The notes below the pieces were generated by a model. That model was given only the letters and a program-made list of their open reading frames with translations, was not told where the DNA came from and made no database searches. From Hydrotalea sp. (lineage in GTDB: Bacteria > Pseudomonadota > Alphaproteobacteria > JASGCL01), in contig JASGCL010000007.1 in NCBI GenBank assembly GCA_030054115.1, forward strand, positions 1 through 57,073: DNA of 57,073 bases. Reading direction: 5' to 3'. The position numbers were made by a program, and so were the translations under genes. Numbering within the stretch: the first letter of the stretch is position 1; each line of letters opens with the position of its first letter. Below are positions 55,499-57,073 of the stretch, one piece after another.

Positions 55499-56989
55499 TT
55501 ATCTGCCATAGATTATTATGGGATCTACATGTTTTATAACATCTTCAGGCAAGCCCCAACTTTTATACATTGTCCTAATAAAGGCAATAAATATAATTTC
55601 GACTAAATTGCTAATATCTTTCTCGCTAATTATATTCTTATTTTTTTTATATTGCGCTCGACTTTTAGAACTGTTTGGGCTGTAATGAGAAAATAAATTT
55701 CTAACTTCTTTAATATAGCGTCCAATGTTTTCTAATTTTTTATCTTCAGAAATATTATTAAAATCCTGTAAATTATTTAAAATATTAATAAATTCTTTTG
55801 TTAAATCATCATCCCTTTTAAGTATTTTGCTAAAAAATATATTCGGGATATTTTTATCATCACCCTTCGATTTTTCCCAGTTCGATTTTTCCCACTGCTC
55901 AATTGCGGCAAAAAATAAAACTATCTCTTGGTAACATTTGTAAATGCTACCACCCTCAATATAATAATTGCTTATATGATTATATAAAACCTTTATAACA
56001 AGATTATAATCTTGTTCATAAAAATCCACCCATTGACTAAAAATTTTCTGAAAGTTTTCTTTCATATGTTTATTATCTAAAAAGTAATTATGCTGTCTTA
56101 TTTCTCCTTTTTTTATATCATTAATTATATTTTTAGAATTTGTGATATTAAAAATAACAGAGTATTTTTCTTTGTCATTATGTAGAATAATTTCTATAGG
56201 CCTAGATATTTTTAAAATTAAAAAAGTAAAAAAACTCCGCAAGTTAAATATTAATTCTTTGTATTCATCGAATGTCGCGGTTTCCTTTTCTAGAAATAAA
56301 TAGCAATGTTCTTCTTGCATAATATCAAGGCGGAATTCATTATGTTTGTCTAAAATTGGTATAATCGCATTTGCTAATTCATCCTTAAATTCTTCTTTTC
56401 CCACAAACTCTTGCTTTAAATTAATTTTAGAATAAGATTTGACTTTGCCAAAACCTCTTAAAAGCTCAATTTTAAAACCATTTGAGTTTATAGAAAAAAT
56501 TTGTTTCTCTAGATAGTGTGTTTTATGGGGCGCGTCTAAAAACGCCTTATCTAAATAAGCAAGATTAAATTGGCATTTCTGAAAGGATTGTTCTTTATCA
56601 ATATGTCCCCCAAATAAAATCGCATCACAAAAAATATATTCATTAAAAAGATAAACAATATTTTTAATAGATACGAGCGTAATCTTTAGTCCGTCCATAA
56701 AAGATGTATTGCCAAAAGTAAAAAGCGTACCGAACATCACATCAATATTAAATTGAAATGTATTTTCATTTTGGCTGACATAAGCAGATGTTCTACTAAA
56801 ATGATTGGATTTTTGATTGTTATGAATTTTATCATACAATTCTTTTATATGCGTTGGTTGTATTAACTCAAATCTAATACCTTTTTCAGGGTTATATTTT
56901 AGCAACCCAAAAAACTTTTTATCTTCCTTGTCGGGGAACCAGAACTCTCCCTTGCCCTCATAAGATTCTAAGGCGTTAAAATTTTGCAT
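55499..56989 (-). CDS. ApeA-like protein with a C-terminal HEPN (Rx4H) motif, candidate abortive-infection/defence RNase
   Basis: The N-terminus GKGEFWFPDKEDKKFFGLLKYNPEKGIRFEL matches the ApeA N-terminal-domain pattern as I recall it. The C-terminal RNLFSH motif (nt 55685..55702) fits HEPN R[N]xxxH. The gene is strongly AT-rich. I set the start at ATG 56989 rather than the track GTG at 57046. Confidence 0.55.
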   Translation of the reverse strand: MQNFNALESYEGKGEFWFPDKEDKKFFGLLKYNPEKGIRFELIQPTHIKELYDKIHNNQKSNHFSRTSAYVSQNENTFQFNIDVMFGTLFTFGNTSFMDGLKITLVSIKNIVYLFNEYIFCDAILFGGHIDKEQSFQKCQFNLAYLDKAFLDAPHKTHYLEKQIFSINSNGFKIELLRGFGKVKSYSKINLKQEFVGKEEFKDELANAIIPILDKHNEFRLDIMQEEHCYLFLEKETATFDEYKELIFNLRSFFTFLILKISRPIEIILHNDKEKYSVIFNITNSKNIINDIKKGEIRQHNYFLDNKHMKENFQKIFSQWVDFYEQDYNLVIKVLYNHISNYYIEGGSIYKCYQEIVLFFAAIEQWEKSNWEKSKGDDKNIPNIFFSKILKRDDDLTKEFINILNNLQDFNNISEDKKLENIGRYIKEVRNLFSHYSPNSSKSRAQYKKNKNIISEKDISNLVEIIFIAFIRTMYKSWGLPEDVIKHVDPIIIYGR

Positions 56990-56995
56990 TTTTAT

Positions 56996-57024
56996 AATAT
57001 AAAGAGATTCACTAATAGTAGCAA
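56996..57024 (-). promoter_or_regulatory. promoter candidate for the ApeA-like gene (TTGCTA-17 nt-TATATT)
   Basis: The minus strand reads TTGCTACTATTAGTGAATCTCTTTATATT, then 6 nt, then ATG. The spacer ends with GAATCTCTT (57002..57010). No Shine-Dalgarno is present, so the arrangement is leaderless-like. Confidence 0.35.
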
Positions 57025-57073
57025 TACCGGTTCCAGGCCACGGCACTTGATTTTCGGGTCAAGTTTGCTTATC

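Noticed and set aside
57025-57046. GTG 57046 as the start of the ApeA-like gene
   Set aside because: The extension (MPWPGTGIATISESLYIIK) would run through the promoter-like TTGCTA-17-TATATT. ATG 56989 begins directly at the conserved N-terminal pattern.

Overview
The window is mostly a housekeeping chromosome segment with three visibly AT-rich accessory islands inserted in it. It is probably alphaproteobacterial. This is inferred from an ATP12 chaperone, a PopZ-like DUF2497 protein, an msbA-waaA-lpxK cluster, gyrA-coaD adjacency and a type-A RNase P RNA.

Core genes I can read from the translations:
- xseA, an M23 peptidase, yaaA, a TupBC-like ABC pair, a TVP38-family protein, folA
- a CNNM/TlyC-family protein, recO, aroB, aroK, betB, rsmD, rluB, cbiB, lolCE, lolD
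- an ABC-2 type ATPase, degP, bamD, recN, purD, holC, fabI, pdxH, a yqhA-family protein
- msbA, waaA, lpxK (fused in frame to msrB), xerD, valS, an ampD-like amidase, lysC, ubiG
- cysE, gyrA, coaD, rluD

RNA genes are tRNA-Leu(CAG) at 21375..21461 (+) and RNase P RNA at about 41114..41493 (-). I saw no rRNA, CRISPR array, transposase or IS element.

The three AT-rich islands each carry a selfish or defence-type module:
- A (about 70..2515): a type II restriction-modification pair plus two small ORFs.
- B (47658..48776): a Panacea/DUF4065 antitoxin-like gene translationally coupled to an unassigned 137-aa partner. The cassette is flanked by a 13-bp direct repeat. This is my best candidate for an undescribed toxin-antitoxin or defence module.
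- C (55499 to the window end): a 496-aa ApeA-like protein with a C-terminal HEPN RNLFSH motif.

The promoter-like regions of islands A and C share a GAATC(A/T)CTT block that directly abuts the -10 hexamer.

Other notable points:
- a tandem segmental duplication that carries a relic of the xseA 3' end plus two DUF1059 paralogs
- an untracked 52-aa lysine-rich ORF
- a composite palindromic repeat element next to rnpB
- a 789-aa orphan protein

All family assignments come from by-eye motif recognition. No database search was run.
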